This document shows, piece after piece, positions 23,111-37,198 of a stretch of 64,000 nucleotides of DNA. Numbering within the stretch: the first letter of the stretch is position 1; every line of letters starts with the position of its first letter. The translations under genes were made by a program, and so were the position numbers. The notes beneath the pieces were generated by a model that saw only the letters and a program-made list of their open reading frames with translations, was not told the DNA's origin and ran no database searches. Origin of the DNA: Phoronis australis (taxonomy: Eukaryota > Animalia > Phoronida); contig NMRA01000730.1 of the NCBI GenBank assembly GCA_002633005.1, positions 62,001 to 126,000 on the forward strand, in the 5' to 3' direction.

Positions 23111-24048
23111 GTATGGTTGTGGGTTGGAATTACCGTTAGTGTGTTTATTATGTTCGGGGGTTTGTGAGTGTGGTAATTCTTGCCTAGTTATCTCATAGTA
23201 TGACAGACAAGTGAAATTTTATTTCGTTAAATCTTCCGAAAAAATTTAAGATTTTGAAAATTTTTATCAGCTGTTCTTAGTTAGGGTGCTCAGCAGACGA
23301 GGTGCATGGTGTGCAAAACTATGAGTCGAATGCCCTTGTAGAATGAACGAGGTGGCTCTGTAACGCCAGCAGAAAATGCGATGAATATTTTCAGTCATCC
23401 AGTCGAGTAATCGTATGTAGAAAAATAAATCAATTCTGGACTTACGGTTTGTTGAGATGGCTACATTACGTCCTCCTCTCGAGGACTTCATCAGGCCACT
23501 GAGATGTCACGTGACTCGTCATGTGATCCACAGCACAGTTTGCGCAGGATACTCCTTAGTGCCCTATCCCACATCCTTGGCAACAAAAACCTCATTATTA
23601 TTTATTTTTCTACATACGTCAACTGAAAATTGTCGTTTTCTCAAAAATTTACTATGCGAATGATATAGAACAACATTTGGCAAAGTTTCCAATCTTTTTA
23701 GTAAAGTAATTGGCTTTTGAAAGATAGAAAAAAAGTTTTCTTGTCTATTGTTTTTTATGTTTGAAGTAAACAATGAATTGTTGTTTAAAACACTCCTGAT
23801 GTGTGCCGAGCATGTCAATATGGCAAATAACATGGATTCTGTTTTTTCGTTATGTTACATGAATACACAGTGGATGTAATGGAATTTGCAAATTGTTTCT
23901 AAGGCGAGATAAGCCTCCAGGAAATTGCCTTATTCCAGTTTGCAGTTGGCAGTTCGACTCGAACTGACAAACGCTGCACATGACTTAACATAAAATCTTC
24001 ATGACATACAACTGTTGAATCCTTGTTGAACTTCCATGTTTATTCTAG

Positions 24049-24245
24049 GGAAACTCCAACAGTATTGCCAGTGTGGATGTATCAGCTGGATACGTGGGCC
24101 TGACTGACTACCAACCAGTCTTGGTTTTAACGCTGTTACTGTGTTCCACCTATGCAGGCCTCGTCTACTGGCTGATCTCCTTAGCTCGCTATATCACGGA
24201 GACATACAACGAGCCGCCAGACCGCTCTAAATTACAAAGGATACA
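24049..24245 (+). CDS. PIGG: PIGG coding exon 10
   Basis: GNSNSIASVDVSAGYVGL...; gtgcgt donor gives phase 2, matching the next exon. Confidence 0.85.
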
Positions 24246-25102
24246 GTGCGTATTTTGAGCATTCTAGTGATTCGTTTCCTCATTGATGACACGGGCATTG
24301 ATTTTGTATTCATGACAGTATCTTTAATCGTAAAAAGCTGTCTTTGGTAAACGAGGTGAGAAGGACAGGCATTTTCATGAGGGACTACTTGACGTATTTA
24401 TGGATATCGGAAATTGATATGTGCGCATCCTGGAGAGTAGGTTTATGCGATACAAATCCTCGATTCCAGAATCCAGAAATTATGCAGGTGATTGTTTGAT
24501 TGACAAGTTGTCATCTGATTTTGGCAAAATGCTTCCTGCTTGCTCGATAATCTCGACTTCTGGCTGTTTGAAATGCTTTTGAAATGAAGTGAGCTCTACA
24601 GATAGTATATCTACGTCTGTTGGCGATGCTGCTCGAGATGACTGCTATCCCACAATTCCTTGTGTATATGACGTCTCGCTTTCCATAAAAAAGTCAATGT
24701 ACATACTTCTGGCTGTAATAACTTAGTACCTGTAATGTGTTTAATCAGTGCTTGGAATTTTTCTCTCTTAAGAGGATTTCTTGTTTTGGTTTCAATTTCC
24801 TCTCATTTGATTTCTATTTTCCTCTTTCTTCGTCTCTTTTTTTGTCATTATTTGGACTTTATTTAACACAAAAATGTTTATTTCAGTTAAATACTACAAC
24901 GCAAAAAAATATTTCTATCACACGAGCCTATTTATTTGTGAAATGATACATCACCTGGAAAATTTTCCTCTTTTTTGTCATTTGGCATTCCAAGCCCTGT
25001 TTAATAAAACCCTGTACTTTTACTCAGTTTCGATTTTGTTTACACTCAATATTCTCGTGCTTTATTGTAGACTTGTATTGGTTTATTTCTTTGTGTTCAC
25101 AG

Positions 25103-25343
25103 TTGGTCGAGTATCATACACCGTGTTTCCTACACCGTCCTGATCTCAAGAGCTCTTCCACACACTGTCTACGCCGTTCTTGTCACCATTCAGAGGTATC
25201 ACCTCTTCGTCTGGACTGTTTTCTCACCCAAGTTGCTGTATGACGCCGTCTTCACTATAGTTCTGTTAGTTGTCGGTCTTCTGCTGTCGTCCTTAATTAG
25301 GTGTCTAGGGTCGTTAAAGATTAGGGGTACTAGGTCAAGCTAA
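25103..25343 (+). CDS. PIGG: PIGG last coding exon
   Basis: QRYHLFVWTVFSPKLLYD motif; TAA at 25341-25343. Confidence 0.9.
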
Positions 25344-26688
25344 CTCGGTGATCTCATGTGTGTGAGGCAAAGACCTTACGTAGGATATTGAATTTCATTT
25401 AGGATGAAGCACAAAAGGTAAATTAATTCACATGTAATAATTTTAATATGGACTTGCAATGGAGTCTGGTCAATTTGCAGAGGCAATACAATTTTTTATT
25501 TTGGTCTGTGCAAAACACAACAGAATGTGTGCTGTAAGGAATGGTGGTACCATTTGAAGTGACATCCAATTTTAATGAATGAATATTGTATTAATGGGTA
25601 ATAGTGTTATCCCCTTGGCACAACCTCTGGGCAATACAGAGCCCCCTGGTGTTAACACTGGTTAGAACTGGTATCACTCATTTCTACCAAAGATTAGTAC
25701 AAGACAGTGTAGTAATGTCTTAATGTTTGTTACTCACATATGTATAGTAAAAGTGACTATAAACAATCCTAGACAACTTACCATTGTGAAATTGGTCTCA
25801 AATTGTTCCTTAGTCAAATCAGATGTGATGTCTGGGATGGGAAGGACTGGCCATTTTTGGTAGGTTGAGATGAGGCCCTACAAGTTGGTTTGTCACAGAA
25901 CTGAACTTGGTGTCGAGCAAGCACAGAAAGCACTTCTCATCTAAGTCAGAAACAAGTTGAGGTCAGTTTCATTGCGGTAAGTGGCCAAGTCAAAAGTTAA
26001 GTCACTTTAAGCTACTGAATTCCGTGGCGTGCTAAAATGTCACGAGTATGAATGTAAGAAATAGTATTTAGTTTGGCTAGCTCAACTTTATTAGCACATT
26101 GTAAATTACCAATAATGCATTACTTGTTGCTGCTGGTAACCAGTTTTGTCTTTGATGTCAGGCCTCAATTCGTATTGAAAACTCCTTTGTGAAGTGGACT
26201 GTAATTTCTACTTGAATATGTTAAATTGTCTTAGTGACTTAAGTGAAAGCCCAGCTAATGTCTGTTGCCAAGGTTACACTTAATAGTAACATAAATGGGT
26301 AATTGAAATGTATCTCTTTTAGATTTCCCCTTTTTACCGGCATTTTTGTTTGTAATGTAAAGTGATTGTAATCTATTGCTGCCAACATCGTGTAATGAAG
26401 AAAATAAGCTAAATTCCTCTATCCATTTTAAGGGTAGTTGCAGTGTTATTGTGCTGTACATAATGTACCATGTGAACGCCAGCTTAACTTGTCAGGGTTA
26501 AGTTGTGTAATATGTGTTTAACATGTATAGCAATATGCGTCGATTGTGCTTCAGATAAAGATCTTTCCTCAGTGCGCAAATGCTTGGAAACTAGTTTTGT
26601 ACGGTGTATTTATTTTGTGTATATTAGATTAGAATTGTGTCAGGTTTCAATTTCTATCATTGGATATATTTGTGAATTTTGTTTAAAG

Positions 26689-26694
26689 AATAAA
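26689..26694 (+). terminator. Candidate PIGG polyadenylation signal
   Basis: AATAAA followed by a T-rich tract; convergent with the PLGRKT 3' end. Confidence 0.4.
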
Positions 26695-26952
26695 TTCCTA
26701 GTTAATTTTCAATTTCTTTTTTTTTCTTTTTGTAATTAACAACTTTGGTGTGTACTGAAGTTCCAAGTATTTTAATCTTGACAGAAATCTTTCTATTATT
26801 TATTGAATATTTTCATGGAATGTGTTCCCAGTGTTCAGTCATCCTTGTAGGTATGGCTGATTTTCAGAAAACACAAGAAAATGAAGAAATGATACAGCCA
26901 TTGCATTTTTAATGTTCACAAAAAGTATTATTTCGGCTATAAGACCATGGCC

Positions 26953-29190
26953 TTAAATAAGAGGTTTTACTTTCAAAGTAGCAGAAAGACTCCTTGAACA
27001 CATGAAATGCAGTGATGCTCTTTTAAGACATTACACTCTAATTAAAATATTCCAGTGCCAAAGTAAATCCTATAACAAGAAAACATACCCCATAATACGT
27101 GTGAGACATTCAACATTTTGTTTGCAATCTGACTAGGTTTTTTAAATATTGTAATGTTTTGTGTCCCAACAATGTAAAATGGAGAAGTAAATTTTACCGA
27201 CTCAGCACTAAGAGTGAAGGTAGAACAAAGGAAATTAAAAATAATTTAAGGATGGCTTTCTTCTCGCTCTTTCACAGTAATCATTCTCTCGAAACATCAA
27301 TAATTTATAAATAATCCAGTAAAAAAAGTACACTCAGGTGAGAAAATCTATCAAAACGTACTCGCACTGCAAGACCTATTCATATCTGCCACCTATAAAC
27401 AAAGCATGAGGTCAAGGGTCACGCTCAAATGAGCAGAAAACCACACAAATTATCCATTATACATTATAAGCACCAAAGCTTATGCAACATTAACACATAC
27501 ATAAGTACGTACAGACAAATATATAGACACAGATATATAAACATTTATATGCATTCATGCATTAGACGATGTTGCACAATTGTACCATCTAACAATTACT
27601 GCGAGAAAAATCCACGACATTGTTACAGAATACACAACAAATATACTGTTTGCCCTGAGCTTTTAGATCACTTGGGATGGCATTTATTCAGTAGTAAAAG
27701 ACAGACAGCAATTGCCAGAATTGGACATTTTGCAACTTTGAAATAAAACTAAACAAAGTTAGCTACAAAAAGCCAACATAAGAATTACAAATGATCAAAT
27801 TCAATCTCTTAGACAGCAGACTGGGCATAAAACAAATACCCACGCTCTGAAAAGTTAAGGTGATGGGTTTGCAATTATTACCCGAGCTCTGTTCAAACCC
27901 TGGTGTATCCAGGTGTCACAGAGCATGTTAGGATATTGGAAACTCTTGTAAGAATTTAGAACTGCTGGAAATTGTTCTTTATCAATTCAAAGGAGGCATT
28001 ACTTTGAGAAATAAAAGACGGTCGTGTGAAGGCCATTTTATCTTCCGACAGTGCTTTGTACTAAACACAAAATAGTCTTGACCCTGATGTTGTAAGGGCT
28101 GTTCCAGCAAAATCTGTACGGGAGGGGGGGAAGGCACTTTTATTTCGTACCCACCGNAGTTTTATTTGTATGTTAGAACCGATTAACTGCAACATTATTT
28201 TGACTACAGTCCCCTTTTAAATAAGAGGTTTTACTTTCAAAGTAGCAGAAAGACTCCTTGAACACATGAAATGCAGTGATGCGCTTTTAAGACATTACAC
28301 TCTAATTAAAATATTCTAGTGCCAAAGTAAATCCTATAACAAGAAAACCTACCCCATAATACGTGTAAGACGTTCAACATTTTGTTTGCAATCTGACTAG
28401 GTTTTTTAAGTATTGTAATGTTTTGTGTCCCAACAATGTAAAATGGAAAAGTAAATTTTACCGACCCAGCACAATGAGTGAAGGTAGAACGAAGGAAATT
28501 AAAAATAATTTAAGGATGGCTTTCTTCTCGCTCTTTCACAGTAATCATTCTCTCGAAACATCAATAATTTATAAATAATCCAGTAAAAAAGTACACTTAG
28601 GTGAGAAAATCTATCAAAATGTACTCGCACTGCAAGACCTATTTATATCTGCCACCTATAAACAAAACATGAGGTCAAGGGACACGGTCAAATGAGCAGA
28701 AAATCACATAAATTATCCATTATACATTATAAGCACCAAAGCTTATGCAACATTAACACATACATAAGAACGCACAGACACATATATAGACACACAGATA
28801 TATAAACATTTATATGCATTCATGCATACATTTTTGATGATGTTGCGCAATTATACCATCTGACAATTACTGCGAGAAAAATCCACGACATCGTTATAGA
28901 ATACACAAATAAACTGTTTGCCCTGAGCTTTTAGATCACATGGGATGGCATTTATTCAGAGGTAAAAGACAGACAGCAATTGCCAGAATTGGACATTTTG
29001 CAACTTTGAAATAAAACTACACAAAGTTAGCTACAAAAAGCCAACGTAAGAATTACAAATGACCAAATTCAATCTCTTAGATAGCACACTGGGCATAAAA
29101 CAAATACCCACGTTCTGAAAAGTTAAGGTCATGGGTTTGCAACAGTGCTTTGTACTAAACACTAAATAGTCTAGACCCTGATGTTGTAAT
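26953..29190. repeat. ~1 kb direct duplication (~26953-28095 / ~28217-29190) around the N at 28157
   Basis: Long near-identical tracts with SNPs and a ~170 bp insertion in the left copy. Confidence 0.85.
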
Positions 29191-29295
29191 TAAGGATGTA
29201 TTTTTTGGCAATATAGCATTTTCATTTTTAACATTCACACACATTATATTTCATTCATGATCCAAGCAGTCTTCCCACTCATAAGTTAATCACAA

Positions 29296-29390
29296 TTACT
29301 TAGAAGCATTAATGATATCCTGCACCGATGGTAAACCTTGGGGTAATTCTAACAAGTTTTGCTCTTCTTTCATTATCCGTTCAGCTTCCA
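29296..29390 (-). CDS. PLGRKT: Plasminogen receptor (KT), last exon
   Basis: VEAERIMKEEQNLLELPQGLPSVQDIINASK*; C-terminal Lys retained. Confidence 0.88.
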
Positions 29391-29482
29391 CTGAAATAGT
29401 AGTAATGGATAAAAAGTTACCCCAAAACAATCTCGACATTTGACGGCGCTGTGGATTAGCAGTGTCGTGTTCAAACATAACC

Positions 29483-29917
29483 ACGTGTGAGAAACAGTAT
29501 GACCATCAGACCCGAAACAGGACCACCGGTGCTCCAAATTGGACTAACTCACCACAAAACAGGACCTAGGGAAGATCAAATTCAGACTTATGGACCACTG
29601 CCTTAGAACTAACTACTCAATTTGCCCAATTTAACGTTTTAGACAAGTCAAACAATGCGTTCAAGGATAACTGGTTCTTGGGAAAGTATCGTTATAACCA
29701 GCATCACACACCGGCATCAGCAACATTTTGTCAGGCAGCCATGTTCGATCCCCAGTGTTTTGTGGTGGGGCGGTCATGATTTTAGGAGTATTGGTCCCAT
29801 TTTCTGGTCCGTAAGTCCCATTTGATCCCCTCAGATCTTGTTTTGTGATGAGTCAGACCGATTTGGAGGGCCGGTGGTCCTGTTTTGGGTTCGACAGCCA
29901 AGTTGTTTCTCACCCGT
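29483..29917. mobile_element. MITE with ~115 bp imperfect TIRs in a PLGRKT intron
   Basis: ACG(T/G)GTGAGAAACA...AAACAGGACCACCGG...GACTTA(T/C)GGACCA mirrored in reverse complement at ~29806-29917. Confidence 0.7.
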
Positions 29918-30769
29918 TATAAGGAAATTCAATTCGCTTTGAAATGATAAGAATGGAATTTACTCAAAGGAAAAGTGGCTAATAGAGATTTTTAGTTATC
30001 TGTTGTTTATTAAGTCGAGAAAATGCAGCGATAGGCTCTGACATAAATCAATATTGCCATTGTAGTGACATTAAAAAGTTTAAGGAACGACTCAGCAGAG
30101 ATTTGACCACTAGTAAAATCTGTGGTCTGATTTCCCCGTAACTTAGAGATGTCGGGACCGTTAATATTTGTTTACATCTGAGCCGATCAACAAGTTTTAT
30201 TCACATGACAAATAACCAAATGAAGTTTCTTTTGAATGGATGTACTCAACTTCTATCAAGAACATTTCTAACCACTTACTGTTATGAAACTGGTTTTGAA
30301 AAAATTACAATTCTTTATAACTTGGGAAGAACAGACATTTTTTAGAGCAACAAAATAGCTTCGTAATGGTTAGCGGTCTTTATCCAAAGATGATTTGTTT
30401 GACAGAAGGCACCTTTACAGGAGGGGCGATTATTCAAAGAAAAATGTTGCAATTATATGCAAATGGGGAACACAATTTCACAATGACACAGTTTATGCTA
30501 CTAAATTTGAATACGGCACATGGAAATCAACACACAGTCTCACAAACCTCAGGCACATACCTCCTGTGCAGCAACAGGTAAGCACCATAAGATCAAGGAA
30601 AGTGGAACAAAAACACACCTCGCTTCTTATCTCATAAATAGCTGGTAATAACGTGTCAGCATTATGAGAACCAGTTTTCTCAAATGAATAACAGGCACTA
30701 AACTGGTTCTCAAAATGTGAGCACGCTATATCCGACTATTGCCAAATACTCTATTTAGTAACATATTAC

Positions 30770-30879
30770 CTCTCATGCGGTCCATTTTGTTCCCATAAGC
30801 GAGATCATACTGGTAAGCAAATATGAAGGATAGAGGCACAAGAGGGAGTATGGGCGTCGCCTTCTTGGATTTCATTGCA
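30770..30879 (-). CDS. PLGRKT: PLGRKT coding exon 3
   Basis: AMKSKKATPILPLVPLSFIFAYQYDLAYGNKMDRMR; splice phases consistent. Confidence 0.9.
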
Positions 30880-32461
30880 CTGAAAACAAATGAACAGCAA
30901 TATGGCACTTACATCAATTCAATGTTAAAGCCGTTATAAACCGCATGCCCATCCCAGAAACACACTTTGATTTAGACGACTTACCATTGTAAAATTGGCC
31001 TCAACTTTTCCTTAATTAGACGTGAAGTGATTTCTGAGTTCCCTAAGAATTTATGGTTTGTTATTCGTTGCGTCCAAGCTCAGTGCATAAAATTACGTGT
31101 CGTAACAAGCCAACATAATGAGCCTCATCTCAATAATGAAATGCCACCTTCTTTTGAACCCAAGAAATCATCTCCGATTTAACTAATGGAACAGTTTCAT
31201 AACGGTAATTGGTCTAAATCCAAGTTGTTTTTTTGTGATGTAAGGTGGGTTTATACCAACTTTAAGTAAATAGGTTTTAATATTAATTTAATTTTTTATT
31301 TTTGTTGAAAACCTTTTGCTCAGAGTTTTAAAACCCCATGCAGCACCATCTTTGAACTCATAGTATAGTTTTGTTTATGTTTTGAAATAAAACCTTTTAG
31401 TTTCGTTTTACCAATTACACATGATAAGACTGTGGACAGGTTTTGTGTTTTGAGGTGGAGGAACCTTTTGTTTTCGCTTTTGAATACACGAAATTGGCTA
31501 AATTACACATACGACCATGATAAAACTATGGACCGAATGTAGTTCACTAATAGCTAATTAATAGAATTATTGAGAGCTATGTAGATTTCTTCTAGTTCAA
31601 AATTTGAAATTTTGGCTTTAACTAATTAGCGCTGCATGGGACTTGAAGAGAAAAAGATGTATTTTGATTCTGTATCATAAAGAGAAAGACTAAGTGCAAA
31701 ACAAATTTAATTAATTTTAAGATCTTTTGTAATTCAGTACTGAAAAAAATTCAAGAACGACAAAAACACTCATCCTAACAGTAATATAAACAACAATACT
31801 AGCAGCATTGACTTGTGTGTAAAACCCATATCTATCCCACTGTACGTAGTGATCCTATTCACAGCAAGTCTTCGGTTAAAGCTGTAACTAGGCCATTGTC
31901 AGACCAATGAAACCTACACTGAATTGGGACTCAACAGGAAAAACCTAACAAATTTAAGACACAATATAGTGGACAAGTGAGGGTTTCTTATTCTTCTCAT
32001 GGTTAATGACAAGTTGCGCCAAATGAATGAGTCATTGAATGCTGAGTCATTGAATGCTGAGTCATTTTAAAGGCTTTATCATACCTATCGTCACACAATG
32101 CATTTAAAAAATTGTAGGCATTCACACCAAAGATAAAAAAGAGGAAGATTTTCCAGGTGATGAATGATTCTTCAAATAAATAGACTTGACTGTGTGATAG
32201 ACATATTTTTTGTTCTATAACATTTATCTACAAGAAATGTACTTTTGCATGAAAAAAGTTAAAGTTATGAAAAAAGAAATGAAGAATGAGGAAACTGGAA
32301 ATCAAATAATAGGAAATCAAAACCAACGAAGAGGAAATGCCCTTAGAAAAGGAAAATTACCAGCCCTGCATAACAATGCTGGACGCCCTTGAAAAATGTT
32401 TCTCAGAAATTGGTGAGATTGCACAGATTTTACTACAATTGGCTCTTAATTAATACTGTAC

Positions 32462-32592
32462 CCGAGAACACCACCGACCAGACACAGTCCATAAAAACTA
32501 CCGAAGAACATAAACAAGTCCCTGGATCTGGCAACCATCATGGACATTTGGCGTTCCCTCATTTGGTTCTGCATCTCAAGCTGACGGCCAAG
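32462..32592 (-). CDS. PLGRKT: PLGRKT coding exon 2
   Basis: LGRQLEMQNQMRERQMSMMVARSRDLFMFFGSFY. Confidence 0.9.
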
Positions 32593-32915
32593 CTGTAATG
32601 GTTGACAACAATTAGTCCAAGCACATTTACATTTAACCGTTAAATCCATTGTTTGAAGATTTTATTGAATTACCTGCTGCTATATTGCTTCAGGCCCACT
32701 CTATGACAGCAAAGAAAAGATGTTGAGGAAGCAACACGTCAAAAAATCATTTCGGTTTTATTAATTAGTTCAACCAAGAGTTTTATTGCTTGAGTTCCAA
32801 AATTAACTTAACAGAAACATTTTTTAAGTTGAGAAATTCAAGATTCGTCTAAAGTTAAACTGAACAATGGTAGAAACCAATTATAAGACACTGAGGAACA
32901 AAAGCATAGTATTAC

Positions 32916-33008
32916 CTGCATTGCCTGGGTTTTTAACATGAATTCTTGTTGCTTTTTCATATTTTCATCCATAACTCCACCCATGGTTTGAGACATGTAG
33001 CTACCCAT
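32916..33008 (-). CDS. PLGRKT: PLGRKT coding exon 1
   Basis: MGSYMSQTMGGVMDENMKKQQEFMLKTQAMQ|gtaat; 5'-UTR acceptor at 33024-33026. Confidence 0.9.
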
Positions 33009-34874
33009 TGTAGAAAGTTTGATCTGAAATTGCACATTATTTTTATTGTACATTTAAGAACAAATATTCACACGCTAGGCAGTTCAAAATTCATTACGTG
33101 GGTCCAATATTGCAGAAAGTTTGGCAGGCATTAAAGTGAATAAAATCACCAATTCCCTTTCAAAAAAGTGCATAAAATCACCAATTCCATTTCAAAAAAA
33201 AACAAAAAACAACCAGTCGACTAACTGTCTAACTAGAACACCCATAAACACTATCTAACAATATGTTGATTAGCTGAACTCAGGTATGAGCACTTATTGG
33301 TAGAAACATTATACATAAGATTAGGGCAACTAACCACAGCACTAGTCATCTTCCATTGTGTTTAGAGTGAAAAGTTGTGAGGCATTGCTGTTCACATTTT
33401 TCCATGGTGTAGTAAGGAAAGATGTGTTGCATTTGCGGTGGTTATGACAACTTAAGTTTTTTACCATGGTATGGCACTTGAGTGTCGCTTTCAAGTGGGA
33501 CCTCGAGAGGTATGGATATGGCACTAGTTTGTACAAGAAACTTATGCGTTGGTGGACATGAAACACTGGGATTGGCCCATAATGCAAAATATTCAGGACA
33601 GGATCTCAGAGATTACAGGGACTATAAACTTGAAACCCTTATCGGCGATTTCAATAGTTTTCTTACTAATTCGTGCTACAGCAAGGGCATGATAAACATG
33701 GTGATTACGCCTGGTCTGGCAATAGAACTTAACACCATCAGGTAATGTTACAGGCGTGAAATCTCATGTTACCGGCCAAACAAAGGTTTGTGGGTTTCTC
33801 AGGAATTTCCACCGACCAGAAAATGAGGCAAGGTTTTTCGGGTTGCAACGGTCTGTCATGACCAAAATGCGATATGTGAATTTTTAACACTGCATGCGTT
33901 CTTGGCGGGCATGATGCAGTTGCCGATTTGGGCAACTGAATGAAGGACTGATCAAAGAAAAAGTTTGATTAAAGAAATATTAGTTCGATTTAATTGGAAG
34001 GAATTAAATACATCAATGTCCTCCTTGGTAAGGTGCACTTCCATACGCCACAGGTATTTACTACAACGCGACCTTATTTTTTAATCAGTGTGAAGCATTT
34101 AAATTAATAATTCATCAAAAAGCTTCCAGTGTATGAAGCTCCTACACATAGCTAGAGCTTCACTGGGGTCAGCTAGAGACGGTGGTGCACTCAGTGTTGA
34201 GCAAAGATCCTAACATGGGCGCACCCGGGGAGGGGGGGGCGGGGTTGCTCGGGGGCTCGAATGAGCTCGAACTTCTTTGACTTCCGAGGGGCGGTTTATA
34301 GACATTTGTCAGAGATGGGTGCCCTTTAGTAAGAAAACTGTCAACAGGTCAACCACTGCACAGACACACGACTGCAACAGCTTTCACGGCCGCGGCTGCA
34401 GTAGTTTCTTCTTGACACTTCAACGTTGAAGTTCGACAACTTATTGTCAATATTTTCGCTTCACCACGAACTCTGCATAAATTATAGCATGTTATAATGA
34501 CTCTCACACCTCTTCCCAACCAAAGCAAATTTGCTAAACAGTCTGAACTGTGTTTGTCCGTCACTGGCCGATGAATACACTTGGTAAGTTTGTCGTGTAA
34601 ATTAAATTTTAATAATAAATATTTTTTGAGATTCTAACAGTTTTAATTGTTGATCTAAAAAGCTTTAAATATGTAAAAATAATTTAAAAACAATTTTTAA
34701 TAAAATATATTTTCTATCTTGACTTTCATATGTTTCAGTAAAGAAATAATTTAGTACACGTTAAACAGTCATTTACACAAGGTGGTTACCAGAGTTTTCA
34801 GTAAACTTCCGGTCAAGTCTTTTGGGTTACGACTTACGTCATTTTCAGACTGTAGGCCGAAGAAGAAGCCAATT

Positions 34875-34938
34875 ATGGACCTTGTATTTATGTACTATGT
34901 TCTTTATTTTGTTATACTTCCACAAGTTATCTCGATTG
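34875..34938 (+). CDS. Signal-peptide exon of the FN3 membrane protein
   Basis: MDLVFMYYVLYFVILPQVISI-G|gtaagc; phase 1 joins the FN3 exon; ETS-like ACTTCCGG just upstream. Confidence 0.6.
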
Positions 34939-35199
34939 GTAAGCATTTATATGGTATACTATTTGTATTATCTTATCAATGCGTTGGTTACGTCGCACAC
35001 CCCCACGGCACAGCAAAAGTTCTCAACTACACTACTCCTACTGGCACTAGTCGGATTAATGGATCCTGATTTAGCGAACCAGGCAATAACTGAATAACGG
35101 CTATGTTCTTTAGTGGAAGAAACTGGTTTTCTAAATCATTGTCCATTACATCCAACTAGTGCCAACAGTGTTATGAAAAATTACCTGGTCCAATTAGTT

Positions 35200-35805
35200 A
35201 CGAACCCGTTTCCTTGCTTCAGCTTGTACTGAAGGCTTCAGTGCTAGGCATCTTGACTTAACCAGTCGACCAAAGAACAATTGCCCCTAGGCAAGTGATT
35301 AAGAGAGGCCTTTATATTAGGCCTTCTAATACTACACTCACTGTATGTTCTGCGCGTTTTGTTGATTTGCGCAATATGCGGATGACGTCATCAAAAGCGG
35401 GGGAAATCCATATACTGCGCAGGCCCGTTTATGGATTCCTAAAATGCGCAACACTTTAGGAATCGTGCCGATTTACGGGTAATAGAACAGGAAATGCTTC
35501 ATATGATAATGATTCGATGATAATAGTCCAAAATAGATTTGCCTCACTTTTAATGCCGCCCTCAGATCGGACCATCCGCCTCGATCCTCCTCAGCCGTTA
35601 TGACACTATCAAACTCAGGAGGCTGTGTGTTCCCTTTCTACTGTTGTGAGTACGTACTGATGTTCAGCGCCAATGTAGTGAGAAATCACCTAGTCCAAGT
35701 TTCGAACCCGTGCCCCTTGCTTCAATGTCAGGCGTCCTACTGAGAAACCAGTCAACCAAAGAGCAATTGCCGTGGGTGAATGATTAAGAAAGGCCTTTAT
35801 ATTAC
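35200..35805 (-). repeat. Two degenerate tRNA-like units sharing a ~60 bp 5' segment
   Basis: Direct repeat 35261-35319 / 35747-35803; on the minus strand each is followed by an A-box-like stretch and GAAGCAAGG..ACGGGTTCG (B-box-like). Confidence 0.4.
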
Positions 35806-36931
35806 TGCACTAACTGCAGATTCACCACAACAGGTTAACTGCATCGCCGTCTCAATTGGCCACAGTCGACACAGTGCGGCCATCCCATAGACCGTTTATA
35901 CGCCGGCAGCTTTTCGACTAATTATGCCTCAGACTGATTAAATTTTGAAAGTCATATTGCTACAAGTACCTTCTGTGTATAGAGGAATACCTCCTTAGCC
36001 AGGGATCTGAATCCCTCGATTTTGGGGCTGAATATCAGCATTCCCCTCATGAGGCCCATGGGCGGTGCAGCACTGAAAAAAGTGGGGGAGCTATAGCCCC
36101 CAGCCCCTATGGTGCACTGCCCATGAAAATTCGAATCACCTATGACTCGCACAGATGACAATTTGAAAGAGTACAAAAATGTTAGGTTTGGCTACTTATG
36201 ACAGAACCTATGAGAGGCATGCAACAGAGAGGGATTGCTATTGATGGTGATCGAGAGGTAGAATTTATCCCTCTCGCAAAAAAATCCCCTCTCAGAAGGC
36301 ACAGGCACCTTCCCCCCTAGACTGAACAAGGGCCTTTAGTCTATGAGGCAGTTGATGTCTCTAGCTTTTCCCATCTTGAACAAATACTCTCGTAACCAAA
36401 CTTTTTTCAAAGAGCTCTTTACTCAGTTGCTCAATTTGCCAACTGGCCATTTTTAATGTGCTCGTGTTGGGGATATGACGTGATAATTCTTAGAGCCTGA
36501 ACCATTTTATTGCTTCTGCAGTGGGGCGAGGGTTGTTAGGAATGTGATGCTGCAAACTCTCCAGTTGATGTCCATGAATATGTCCAGGTTTCGTTTTGAG
36601 TCAGCACTATCATGAGGATCTCTGCTTAAGACACCCTTGGAGGTTAATTGTCATCTTTCCATAGCTGCAGTTTTCACTCATCGCTGTAGCGAGTTTGAAT
36701 TGGCTCTTCTGCGTCGAGTTCAAAAGAGCAATGAAAAGCATTGCCACCAGTGTAAACTCTTAGGAGATTAATCAGTTCTTTAGTAAATCGGGACATTTTG
36801 GATGTTGGGCGCCACCTCACTTTTTCTGATTTCAAGACTTATATGTAAATCCTCACAGCATGGACATGGAACTTCGAACATGTTCTTAATTTTTGTAATT
36901 ATCGCCGAGTTTGTATTTTTTGCATAAGAAA

Positions 36932-37014
36932 ACCTACTCTGCCTGGGGCACCCCTACTCTGCCTGAGGCACCCCTACTCTGCCTGGGGCACCCCTACTCT
37001 GCCTGGTGCACCCC
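36932..37014. repeat. 20-bp minisatellite (CCCCTACTCTGCCTGGGGCA) x4
   Basis: Direct reading of the sequence. Confidence 0.9.
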
Positions 37015-37198
37015 ATATTTCCCTCCTTTTACTGAGCAGGATTGACATGTATAATTTTTTCTTGTTTTTGTTTTACTTTTTGTTCCTGTTAATATTATGC
37101 ATGGATTGAAAATTCTAAATTGTTGAGAGTCATCGCGTGACAAAGAAGAAAAGCTAACAATGAAATGTCATTGGTCACTTTCCACTATTTTCTTTCAG

